A stretch of 63,529 nucleotides of DNA, filler included, from Octopus bimaculoides (lineage: Eukaryota): assembly GCF_001194135.2 (NCBI RefSeq). It is 4 parts of 3 records of this genome, joined end to end, with 100 filler letters (N's around TTAATTAATTAA, not from the genome) between each part and the next. Parts side by side here need not be neighbours in the genome. Positions count along the whole stretch, not along the records: positions 1 to 19,818 come from NC_068983.1; 3 more parts are not named here. One strand, 5' to 3'. The notes below the pieces were generated by a model. It worked only from the letters and a program-made list of their open reading frames with translations. It searched no databases and was not told where the DNA came from. Shown here in pieces: positions 1 to 11,003 of the stretch. Every line of letters begins with the position of its first letter. Positions within the stretch are counted from its first letter, which is position 1. Both the position numbers and the translations under genes were made by a program.

Positions 1-453
1 TATATATTAATTTATATGGATATTAATTTAATTAACACCAATCTAAAACCAGTGGCCTAGCATAAAGAAAATTCTGAAAATCCAGAAAATTTATATTAAA
101 TTCAGAATAATTAAATTCAGAATAATTTCAAATTAAAACTATGTATAGTGTAATTATCCCCTGGTACTAATCACCTATAAATACCTATAGTTCCCTGCTC
201 TCTTCTTCCCCTAATCACCATTTTAGTATCAGCAAAAAACCGAAGATATGTATTTGAATTTTTCTTGTTATATATGACATTTAAGCATAGACATTTTTCA
301 ACTTACGATGAAAGTAAACAAAGTTTGTTTTAGAAGCGTTGAGATGTATTGAAAGATACAGAAATATTTTTTTTTATTCTCAAACGCGTGATAATGCTAA
401 TAAATAGCGTGATCAGGATAAATTATCCATACATTGCAGAAAAATACGTTACC

Positions 454-526
454 GGCCAGCCATGATACTCGAACTCATATCCCTGTGATTACACGTCAAG
501 TGCTTTACCATTAAGCTAAACTGTCC
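454..526 (-). pseudogene. tRNA-like sequence (Thr-UGU-like pseudogene or SINE head)
   Basis: The - strand reads GGACAGTTTAGCTTAATGGTAAAGCACTTGACGTGTAATCACAGGGATATGAGTTCGAGTATCATGGCTGGCC: A box, paired D stem (GCTT/AAGC), GTTCGA B box, 6/7 acceptor pairs. The anticodon arm has a bulge and a non-canonical position 33. Confidence 0.55.
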
Positions 527-899
527 AGTAACGAATTCGTCTGCAATTTTAGAACTTATAAATTTAGGTTCATAAGACGCTAACGTTAAATTCAACTTAC
601 GATGAAAGTAGACTCAACGCTTCTAAAACGAACTTTGTTTACCTGTTTTTCCAACTGTCGACCTAACGGCTGACCACATCATCTCGTCTACTAACCTCTG
701 TTACTTGGATCACAAATGCTCAAACATCTATGAACTATTGACCATCATTGTAAACAATAAAGATTTTAGTTTGGTGAAACCATATACAAATTTCGATACT
801 ACCGCGTTCAGGATCAAGTTAATAATAATGTTTAATAGAACTGCACTAAACTACATTTTGTACCTATTTCCTCTATTCATTTATTCAAATTTTTAGGAA

Positions 900-900
<1 letters not shown>

Positions 901-966
<66 letters not shown>
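901..966. repeat. (TTA)n microsatellite; a second array lies at about 1660-1741
   Basis: Read directly from the sequence. Confidence 0.98.
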
Positions 967-967
<1 letters not shown>

Positions 968-1659
968 GACATCGCACAGTATGAAATATCGTGAGATTGT
1001 TGATTGAAGATATTGTGCCTACCGGGGGTTTGTATTGTTTGTTAAGTCACAGCAAAGACCTCAGACGGACAGTACTTTACGCAATATGCGTGCAATTCCA
1101 AGTAATGCCGACCTTTGCAATACATCTAAAGTGTAGGGTATTTCTAATGTTTTCAGATGTTTTGGGGGTTTTTTTTTTTTCAGATTGGGTAGTATTGAAT
1201 CCAATGCTCCAATGACAATAGGGATAACCTTTATGCTTGACTCTCGTAGCTGCCACATCTTACTGATCTCAATTCTCAGGTCTCCATATTTATCAACCTT
1301 TTCTCTTTCTTTCATATGATATGTTGTTCTCCTGGCACTTCCACTTCAGTCATTAGGCACTCTTGTTTGTCCCTCCTAAAGGTTACTATATCCGACCTTC
1401 GGTGCCCTAACAGTTTGTTTCTCTGGAAGTCAACGTCCCTGAAGATTTTTGCCTCCCCCTTTTCGTCCATCACCTTTCCCGGTGTATGTTGGTACCAAGC
1501 ACCCTTAACCTCATATCCATACTTGCGGTATAGTAGCCAGTGGAGGTTGTGGGCTACTTTGTCATGTCTACGCTTGTACTCTTTCTGCACAAGAATTTCA
1601 CAAGCACTAACAATGTGAGTCACCCTTTCAACCCTCTTCCCACACATCTGCAGAGGTCC
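967..1659 (-). mobile_element. 5'-truncated R4/Dong-like non-LTR retrotransposon (zinc knuckle, restriction-like endonuclease, 3' UTR), decayed
   Basis: Translations HIVSAC..L.QKEYKRRHDKVA, HRRSDIV, EKVDKYGDLRIEI, VIPIVIGALD, LQRSALLGIARILRKVL match RLE-type LINE C-termini. Flanked on both sides by (TTA)n arrays. Confidence 0.85.
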
Positions 1660-1676
1660 TATTATTATTATTGTTA

Positions 1677-1741
<65 letters not shown>

Positions 1742-1751
1742 TTAATAACAG

Positions 1752-2069
1752 GAACCCACTGGATCTGGGAGGTAACGAGTATGATCGTCAATGGAAAAGC
1801 TGAAAGAATTCCCAGTATTAAAGAAGAAAATATGATAGACTTCATGCTTAAAGATCAACTGGATTCAAAACCATCTCCAAGGGTGCTCAACACACACTTA
1901 CACCCTAACTTTCTGCCTGAAGTATTACTTAAGAATAACAAAATCATTTTCATCGCGCGTAACCCTAAGTCTGTGGTAGTTTCCTATTACAGACATATGT
2001 GGAGTATTGACTTAATTCAGTATGATGGGAACTTCCACAGTTTCTTTGAGATGTTCATGGACGGAAACG
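1752..2069 (+). CDS. SULT: Cytosolic sulfotransferase, internal exon A (phase 1 to phase 1): (G)THWIWEVTSMIVNGKAERIPSIKEENMIDFMLKDQLDSKPSPRVLNTHLHPNFLPEVLLKNNKIIFIARNPKSVVVSYYRHMWSIDLIQYDGNFHSFFEMFMDGN
   Basis: AG acceptor at 1750-1751 and GTAAGT donor at 2070. Translation shows the end of the 5'-PSB loop (GTHW), the catalytic His region (RVLNTH) and the 3'-PB motif (IARNPK..VSYY). Symbol is family-level only. Confidence 0.92.
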
Positions 2070-3769
2070 GTAAGTCATGTTTAAGTCAGGGAATTGTCAG
2101 TTAGGTAAATATCGTAACCCGTTGAGCCGTAGAAGAGACAATGAAATTGTTATAGTGCAAAGGAAAGATTTCGAGATTAAAAAAAAAAACTTAGACACTT
2201 TCACGGTTTATCTTATCCGTTCTCATNNNNNNNNNNNNNNNNNNNNNNNNNNNNNNNNNNNNNNNNNNNNNNNNNNNNNNNNNNNNNNNNNNNNNNNNNN
2301 NNNNNNNNNNNNNNNNNNNNNNNNNNNNNNNNNNNNNNNNNNNNNNNNNNNNNNNNNNNNNNNNNNNNNNNNNNNNNNNNNNNNNNNNNNNNNNNNNNNN
2401 NNNNNNNNNNNNNNNNNNNNNNNNNNNNNNNNNNNNNNNNNNNNNNNNNNNNNNNNNNNNNNNNNNNNNNNNNNNNNNNNNNNNNNNNNNNNNNNNNNNN
2501 NNNNNNNNNNNNNNNNNNNNNNNNNNNNNNNNNNNNNNNNNNNNNNNNNNNNNNNNNNNNNNNNNNNNNNNNNNNNNNNNNNNNNNNNNNNNNNNNNNNN
2601 NNNNNNNNNNNNNNNNNNNNNNNNNNNNNNNNNNNNNNNNNNNNNNNNNNNNNNNNNNNNNNNNNNNNNNNNNNNNNNNNNNNNNNNNNNNNNNNNNNNN
2701 NNNNNNNNNNNNNNNNNNNNNNNNNNNNNNNNNNNNNNNNNNNNNNNNNNNNNNNNNNNNNNNNNNNNNNNNNNNNNNNNNNNNNNNNNNNNNNNNNNNN
2801 NNNNNNNNNNNNNNNNNNNNNNNNNNNNNNNNNNNNNNNNNNNNNNNNNNNNNNNNNNNNNNNNNNNNNNNNNNNNNNNNNNNNNNNNNNNNNNNNNNNN
2901 NNNNNNNNNNNNNNNNNNNNNNNNNNNNNNNNNNNNNNNNNNNNNNNNNNNNNNNNNNNNNNNNNNNNNNNNNNNNNNNNNNNNNNNNNNNNNNNNNNNN
3001 NNNNNNNNNNNNNNNNNNNNNNNNNNNNNNNNNNNNNNNNNNNNNNNNNNNNNNNNNNNNNNNNNNNNNNNNNNNNNNNNNNNNNNNNNNNNNNNNNNNN
3101 NNNNNNNNNNNNNNNNNNNNNNNNAAAGAATGAGAACGCAATGTTCCTACTTTGCAATCTTTAATGTGCGTGGTAAATAGCAGCAAGAGAAGTCAGCAGC
3201 CAGTGAGAGGGCCGATTAAATCATTAGGCTTCCTTTGCTTCCTATAACAGTGATTTCAGTGATAGTCGGTTTTGAAAAAGAGGTCTCAATCAAGATGACT
3301 TACCTTTGTTACGCTATGTCAAAATATAAAAGCAAAATGGTCGAGAGGTAATGATATTAGGTCACCTTCCCATTGATTTTAATCTACATCCACTTCTAGC
3401 GTTTCAGTGTATATTTAGGCAAAACACTTAATTGTTTTCATCTCAATTTTCTATTGCAATCTGAAATAAGTATCCAAACCATTGACAGGATATACAGCTT
3501 ATACACTGGTGCAAAACACTGGCGCTTAAAGATTCTTTAAATTTAAGAGATATTTCTTATATGAAGATAAAAAGTCTTCAAAAGTGTCATTACAACCCAA
3601 TAGACGAATCTGGATTAATAAATTGACATTTGATAAATAGAAGGTAAATGAATTTTATGGGGTAGTAAAAAATTTTTAATTTCAAAAGAATGGACAGTCC
3701 CACAATGTAAACATTAATTGTGAACACATTTCATTTTCTGATTCTTTTTCCCTCTTAACGTCGTTACAG

Positions 3770-3867
3770 TCCCCACTGGCGATTATTTTGAATACACACG
3801 ACAGTGGTGGTCAGTAATCAAAGACAACCCCAATGTTCTCATAATAACATATGAAGAGGCTTCGAAG
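3770..3867 (+). CDS. SULT: Sulfotransferase internal exon B: (V)PTGDYFEYTRQWWSVIKDNPNVLIITYEEASK
   Basis: Pyrimidine tract plus ACAG acceptor ending at 3769, GTAGGT donor at 3868. 98 nt, phase 1 in (matches exon A) and phase 0 out. Matches the SULT segment V.YG.WF.H...WW....N+L...YE. Confidence 0.9.
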
Positions 3868-5485
3868 GTAGGTGTTACATAGCTATCTTTTTTTTCTCTA
3901 CTTCTTACCACTGTCTCATTCTTCTCTTTATTATTTTTTCTCTTTACTTTCATATATCATTCCTTTTTCACTAGTATAAGGGTTTCTGCAGCGTTGCTTT
4001 CTTTTGGCTAACTACAGCGATTTTTATGACTAATGTTATTGTGTATGGAGGTTGAGTCTAATCGGCCAAACCGTTAGACGGTCGAATGACAAGAAGTCTA
4101 AATATTCCATACCAAGCCTAGTTGAGAATCTCAGTTCATTGACTTTCGGTGATTTATCATATAACGGAGTGTAATAGAGCGGTCTGGATCACGACTGCCA
4201 ATGAGATTTTTAGGAAACCCCCATAACAAACTCAGAAAAATAACCTAAATTCAAAAAAGAATTTTAAAAAAACTATCATGAAAACTATCATAAATACAAC
4301 GGTATTTTACTGACATTTATAATAGAACACAATAATTACTCCTAATTGCCTTTAATTCCTTTTGAACTACTAAACGATTCGTTGTATTCTGCCTGGTCCT
4401 TATTCTTTCGAAGTATCTTACAATTCTTTTCTTTAAGTTTTTGATTAATTCTTTTCCTAACACCCACATTGTACATTCTATAGCATTTCTAACAATACAT
4501 TGTTTTATAAGTAATTTATCTTTTACGGTTCCTGCTATTAAGAATTAGTATTTTTGTTTTTTTTATTTTGATGCAGTTCATTAAATAGAATATTTTCTCA
4601 GCTCAGGCCGACGAGTGTAGCAAAATAGTTAAACCAGCTATAAAATGGAATACTAAATCATATTTTAAATTATGAAATCCATCTTTTACGTCTTTTAACT
4701 TGTGTTAATATTCAGAGATATTTTGTGTCGGCACTAGAATAGCTAGAGTGTGTGCCGCCCGGGGCGGCCCTTCCATTTTCCACCCCCGGACCCCACAAAA
4801 AATACATATTGCATACAACAGACCCAAAAGTGCCGCTCGTGTCCGTCAGTGTAAGTATATTGTCTGCAGTTTAAAAATAACTTCTCCATCTATCATCAAA
4901 ATTATTTACATTACTTTTCAGCACTATGGGGGCAGGGGAAATGAAAAGATAGTGGAATGATGGACACAGGAGATATACTTCGATGAATGAACGTTGTTTT
5001 TGTTGTTGTCAATTATTTTGCGTCCTCCTTCTTCAAGCGACAGTAACCGTGTTGCATTTCGCCTCACTTCACTAGGAATCTCTGCCCCCCCACCCCATTA
5101 GTTCTGATAAGTTCTTAGTTTCTTGGTATGTTTCTCTGCCAATAACATTATGGAAGCAAAATCTGGACTATAATGAAGGAACTTCAAGATTGCCCTGAAG
5201 ACACATATTCCAGATTTCTCATCAGGGTTCAAAACATCTTATGATTTTAGCACAACCAAAAACAATATTTGTGTACGAATTCCACCCATCTCTACTCTTG
5301 TTGCTCACTGCAGAGCAGCAGCACTGCTATCATGCTGAACAACAGGCTATATCGGGTGCTATATTTTGGACTCTTCAGCACCACGATAGATTATGAATGC
5401 TGTTTAACTACATTGATATTTTGTATAGTATTTAATTGCTTCTGTGTGATTTATATTGACTACAAATTTGAGCCTCAAAGGAACC

Positions 5486-6785
5486 ACTGAGTTGGCAACT
5501 AAGTCCCGCCGTTTTTTTGAATTTTGGAATTTATTGCGTTTTTTAATTTTGGAATCTATTTTTTTCGAGAATTCTATTTTTGAATCATTTTTTAATCTAT
5601 TTTTTTTTTCTAGTTAATTTTTGTTTATTTTCAGATCATTAAAATGGAATGTCAAGTTAAGAAAAACGAACATTTTCGACACCTCCTTCTTTTTGCTTTT
5701 AATCAATGTTCTAAGGCCGCAAAGCTGCTCGTGACATTTGTGCTGTGTATGGAGAGGGTGCCATAGCTGAAAGAACCGCTTGTGACTGGTATGCCAAGTT
5801 CAAAAATGAAAATTTTGACCTCAAAGACGCNNNNNNNNNNNNNNNNNNNNNNNNNNNNNNNNNNNNNNNNNNNNNNNNNNNNNNNNNNNNNNNNNNNNNN
5901 NNNNNNNNNNNNNNNNNNNNNNNNNNNNNNNNNNNNNNNNNNNNNNNNNNNNNNNNNNNNNNNNNNNNNNNNNNNNNNNNNNNNNNNNNNNNNNNNNNNN
6001 NNNNNNNNNNNNNNNNNNNNNNNNNNNNNNNNNNNNNNNNNNNNNNNNNNNNNNNNNNNNNNNNNNNNNNNNNNNNNNNNNNNNNNNNNNNNNNNNNNNN
6101 NNNNNNNNNNNNNNNNNNNNNNNNNNNNNNNNNNNNNNNNNNNNNNNNNNNNNNNNNNNNNNNNNNNNNNNNNNNNNNNNNNNNNNNNNNNNNNNNNNNN
6201 NNNNNNNNNNNNNNNNNNNNNNNNNNNNNNNNNNNNNNNNNNNNNNNNNNNNNNNNNNNNNNNNNNNNNNNNNNNNNNNNNNNNNNNNNNNNNNNNNNNN
6301 NNNNNNNNNNNNNNNNNNNNNNNNNNNNNNNNNNNNNNNNNNNNNNNNNNNNNNNNNNNNNNNNNNNNNNNNNNNNNNNNNNNNNNNNNNNNNNNNNNNN
6401 NNNNNNNNNNNNNNNNNNNNNNNNNNNNNNNNNNNNNNNNNNNNNNNNNNNNNNNNNNNNNNNNNNNNNNNNNNNNNNNNNNNNNNNNNNNNNNNNNNNN
6501 NNNNNNNNNNNNNNNNNNNNNNNNNNNNNNNNNNNNNNNNNNNNNNNNNNNNNNNNNTTGGTTGGATCAATTTTTCGAGTTGAAATCGGGTGATTTCTAC
6601 CAACGAGGTATTGAAAATCATGTTGAACGTTGGGAAGTAGTTGTAAACAACAAGGGTGAATACATTATTGATTAATTAGTTGTTATTTTATAAGTAATTT
6701 ATCATTTACGATTGCTACTTTTAAGAATTAATATTTTAAAAAATTAAATTCAGAAAAACGGCGGGAACTTAGTTGCCAACCCAAT
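5486..6785 (+). mobile_element. Mariner (Tc1/mariner) element of about 1.3 kb in the SULT intron; centre lies in an N gap
   Basis: Imperfect TIRs (actgagttggcaactaagtcccgccgttttt / aaaaacggcgggaacttagttgccaacccaat). Frameshifted transposase N-terminus from ATG 5644 (MECQVKKNEHFRHLLLFAF...YGEGAIAERT..WY.KFK) and C-terminus WLDQFFELKSGDFYQRGIE...RWE.VVNNKGEYIID. Confidence 0.92.
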
Positions 6786-7126
6786 TGTAGTAAAATGTTC
6801 ATCAAATAACGCCCAACGGTTTAAAGAAGGAAATGATACATTCGGATAATATGATCTTATATAATCTATGCCTGAAAAAAGGACAGAATGGTCACGAGTG
6901 GAACACTTTTGATCATAGATCTGTTTAATGAAGTGTGACGTTGAGCATAACGACCACAACAGGAACAATTAAGTAAAGGGAAATTTAAAGAAAAAGTATA
7001 AAAAATTAACAATGCAAGATATCAAGCCAGCTGTCTGTGTAACAAATATGTGATGATTAAATGTATGACAAGAAGAAACATAAAGTGAAAGTTTAGTTTA
7101 ATATATATGTATTATCTTCTGAACAG

Positions 7127-7304
7127 GACCTTGTTAAAATCGTATCATTGATTGCAAAATTTCTTGGCAAGAAAATTGATGAGCAACTGACTAAAGATAT
7201 TGCAGATATGTGCACCTTTGACAGAATGAAAAACGAGAAACCATCTTCTAAAGAAAATGTTTTCAAAATAGATTTCAAAGATAACAATGGATTTTTTCGT
7301 TCAG
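7127..7304 (+). CDS. SULT: Sulfotransferase internal exon C: DLVKIVSLIAKFLGKKIDEQLTKDIADMCTFDRMKNEKPSSKENVFKIDFKDNNGFFRS(G)
   Basis: AACAG acceptor ending at 7126, GTGAGT donor at 7305, phase 0 in. Matches SULT DL...I..IA.FLG, SF..MK and the start of the FFRKG motif. Confidence 0.92.
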
Positions 7305-8235
7305 GTGAGTATTCAGTTTCAAGATATAGATATACGTGTATGTATGTGCATGTGTATGTACATGTATGTGCGTGTGTGTGTTTGTATGAATATATATGTG
7401 TATACACGTGTGTATACACGTGTGTATGGCATTTAATATCTCTTCATTCGTCTTTGTTGCTCAAATAGATGCCACTGGCCAATCTCAATTATTTCTCTTA
7501 AATCATTTTCCATAAAGATGTTCAACTCGTTTCTGCTGGAGACAAGGTAGGACTACAACTGAGTTGATGAGTTCTCTCAAGCTATAGAAACACATATATA
7601 TTCCCATCTGTTCTCTTGTCACCAAACAATCAAATTCTGTTTCCATTAATAGCATATTAATTTCGGAGAATTCTTGATTCTTGAAATTATCTCCCTTTCT
7701 CGTTTCTCGGNNNNNNNNNNNNNNNNNNNNNNNNNNNNNNNNNNNNNNNNNNNNNNNNNNNNNNNNNNNNNNNNNNNNNNNNNNNNNNNNNNNNNNNNNN
7801 NNNNNNNNNNNNNNNNNNNNNNNNNNNNNNNNNNNNNNNNNNNNNNNNNNNNNNNNNNNNNNNNNNNNNNNNNNNNNNNNNNNNNNNNNNNNNNNNNNNN
7901 NNNNNNNNNGTTACCATATTTTCCCTGAAGCAGAGATAATTTCAATAAATCAAAAATTTATGTTGCATGATATTCATATACTCTCATTCATTTTTGTTAT
8001 ATGCATGCATGCAACTAATATCTCTTAATTATTTCTATTATATCATTTTCATATCGAAGATGTAACTTTGATATTTCGTTGAACTAATAAGTTAGCTCCC
8101 TTTATTAGGATTAATTTATGAATATAGAACTGTATTGTATAATTTTCTGCGTGTAGATATATACGCGCGCGCGCGTGTGCTCAGGCACCGTCTTGAAGAA
8201 TTCTAGTTGAACTAATCGACCCCAGTATTTATTTT

Positions 8236-8500
8236 TTAAGCCCAGGTAGACAAACTTGTCTACTACCTTCAGAATTGTGGAACATTACAACAGTCTTGTC
8301 CAGGCTAATGCTGAGTCCAAATGCCTTGCAAGAAGCAGAAATGCAATTCATGAGTATTTGCATGTCATCCACTGTATAAGTGACTAAGTCACAGTAATCT
8401 GCATAAAGAACGTCACGAATAATAGACTGGAGAACCTTTGAATTTATATGCGCGTGCCCCTCAAGGACACATAACATCACACCATTGGTTGGACGGCGCT
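8236..8500 (-). mobile_element. RTE-clade LINE reverse transcriptase fragment
   Basis: IRDVLYADYCDL...MQILMNCISASCKAFGLSISLDKTVVMF resembles the RTE RT motif LYADD...FGL.IS..KT.VM. Confidence 0.75.
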
Positions 8501-8762
8501 GATCACTGTACAGAGAGCGAATAAAAGGTAACCAATGGTATGCCGGTAATCAAAAAGTACTGATTACTGGTTGAATGATTTGGAAACCATTAATCACTTG
8601 CTGGTCGAATATTGGAAACGGCACAAACTAAAAATCGCATATTACCCCGAAAGTGCTCACCTACCACCTGGAAAGCCCTCGCGTATCACAAGTGGCACGC
8701 GTAACACAGGCTGGAAACCACTGCTTTAAGATGAACATATAATACGATATACAAACATAATA

Positions 8763-8944
8763 GGCGCAGGAGTGGCTGTGTCGTAAGTAGCTTACTGACC
8801 AACCACATAGTTCCGGGTTCAGTCCCACTGCGTGGCATCTTGGTCAAGTGTCTTCTACTATAGCCTCGGGCCGACCAAAGCCTTGTGAGTGGATTTGGTA
8901 GACGAAAACTGAAAGAAGCCCGTTGTATATACGTATATGTATAT
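8763..8944 (+). mobile_element. tRNA-derived SINE family A, 5' half (runs into a microsatellite and gap)
   Basis: A box GTGGCTGTGT.GT, B box GGTTCAGTCCC; high identity to the other copies in the window. Confidence 0.88.
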
Positions 8945-9439
8945 NNNNNNNNNNNNNNNNNNNNNNNNNNNNNNNNNNNNNNNNNNNNNNNNNNNNNNNN
9001 NNNNNNNNNNNNNNNNNNNNNNNNNNNNNNNNNNNNNNNNNNNNNNNNNNNNNNNNNNNNNNNNNNNNNNNNNNNNNNNNNNNNNNNNNNNNNNNNNNNN
9101 NNNNNNNNNNNNNNNNNNNNNNNNNNNNNNNNNNNNNNNNNNNNNNNNNNNNNNNNNNNNNNNNNNNNNNNNNNNNNNNNNNNNNNNNNNNNNNNNNNNN
9201 NNNNNNNNNNNNNNNNNNNNNNNNNNNNNNNNNNNNNNNNNNNNNNNNNNNNNNNNNNNNNNNNNNNNNNNNNNNNNNNNNNNNNNNNNNNNNNNNNNNN
9301 NNNNNNNNNNNNNNNNNNNNNNNNNNNNNNNNNNNNNNNNNNNNNNNNNNNNNNNNNNNNNNNNNNNNNNNNNNNNNNNNNNNNNNNNNNNNNNNNNNCG
9401 ACTACATAAACAAACGATTCTGAAACAATTCTATCGGTG

Positions 9440-9471
9440 ATAGGGTTAGGGTTAGGGTTTGGGTTAGGGTA
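9440..9471 (+). repeat. Short interstitial (TTAGGG)n-like array
   Basis: tagggttagggttagggtttgggttagggt read directly. Confidence 0.85.
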
Positions 9472-11003
9472 AAACAGCAAATTTAAAAAGAAAAAAGCAA
9501 AACGAAGTTATGGAAATTAAATACGCTTTACACCGCTTAATCAGCCAAAGGAGTAAATATAAACAACTGAATACTTGTCAGTGATTGGTTGAAATTATCG
9601 AAATAAGACAATTTTTTACATGAAATAAATTCGAATACAAAAATATTTTTCTGTTCTATAACACAAAATAGATAAGTATACGAAGTTTGAAAGTCTTTCG
9701 GTACCAAAAACACTACGTAAAACATTAATGAAAAATGTGGTCCCCGTTTTAAAAAAGATCCGGCAGAGGTCCCACACCCCACTATACCGTGTCACAAATT
9801 TCACATGTTTATACACCCACACATCTTTAAAAACCATATACACACAATTCCACCATATCCTCATCCCCAAACACCGATACACTCAAATTCGTGCCCACCC
9901 TTCCGCCACCTCCATAGAACCGTCTTTTCCTTGGCCCTTTACCCTTATCTTTTTATTCTTTTCTCACCTCCAACTATATTGTTTCAATTCGTCCCTTCCT
10001 TCACTGTGCTACTCGAGCTTTCTTCTAATGAAGAAACAGCATTCAAAATATGAAGTCGCCTTTCTTCTTAAGAAATGAATTAAAACTTTTTTAAAAAACG
10101 TGTCCTTTTCATGCTGAGTTTTTTTTCTTTTTGTGTTCAATTGCAAGCACATGTGTGCGTGTGCGCGCGTNNNNNNNNNNNNNNNNNNNNNNNNNNNNNN
10201 NNNNNNNNNNNNNNNNNNNNNNNNNNNNNNNNNNNNNNNNNNNNNNNNNNNNNNNNNNNNNNNNNNNNNNNNNNNNNNNNNNNNNNNNNNNNNNNNNNNN
10301 NNNNNNNNNNNNNNNNNNNNNNNNNNNNNNNNNNNNNNNNNNNNNNNNNNNNNNNNNNNNNATATATATATATATATATATACATACCAATATATATGTA
10401 AACAAAAAAGTCCGTTTTTGTGCTTTGTTTAGGTTCCCGTTCCTTTTTTGACGTCCTGTACCCGGATATGCACCTATTTATACATGTAGATGTAGGTATG
10501 TACATATACGTATGTATACATGCATATGCTCAATACCATTTCTGTATATATATATATATATATATAAACTTACTTGGAGACAGTGCGTGGCGTTCGATCA
10601 TATAATAACATAAATAATATATAAATATATGCATATATCCATACATATATGTACTTACCTACATCTATATGTATACATATATGCATATATGAGTACAGGA
10701 CATCACAAAAAACGTTAAACACAATGAGAAACGAAAACATAAAGATGAAAATAGAAAACAAACTTTTTTCGAACAACGAAAAAAACACACAGAGAAACGA
10801 GACATGCAACATAAAGAGTAGAACCCTTCGTCAGAGGGGACAGCACAAGTACAGACAAGACACGTATGTCGGGAAAGAAAAAAAAAACAAAACTAATGAG
10901 AAGACGAAAGGAAAGAATGGAGTGACGGCCGATCGAATCCCACAATTCGAGCGACCTCATTGAACTTCTTACAGTTAGTTCCAATATTTCAATTTTGTCC
11001 ATG

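Noticed and set aside
2077-3186. Long ORFs spanning N-runs (also 5745-6675, 14313-14952, 17526-18200, 30514-31764, 36012-36833, 55451-56190, 61259-62716)
   Set aside because: Open only because N bases contain no stops.
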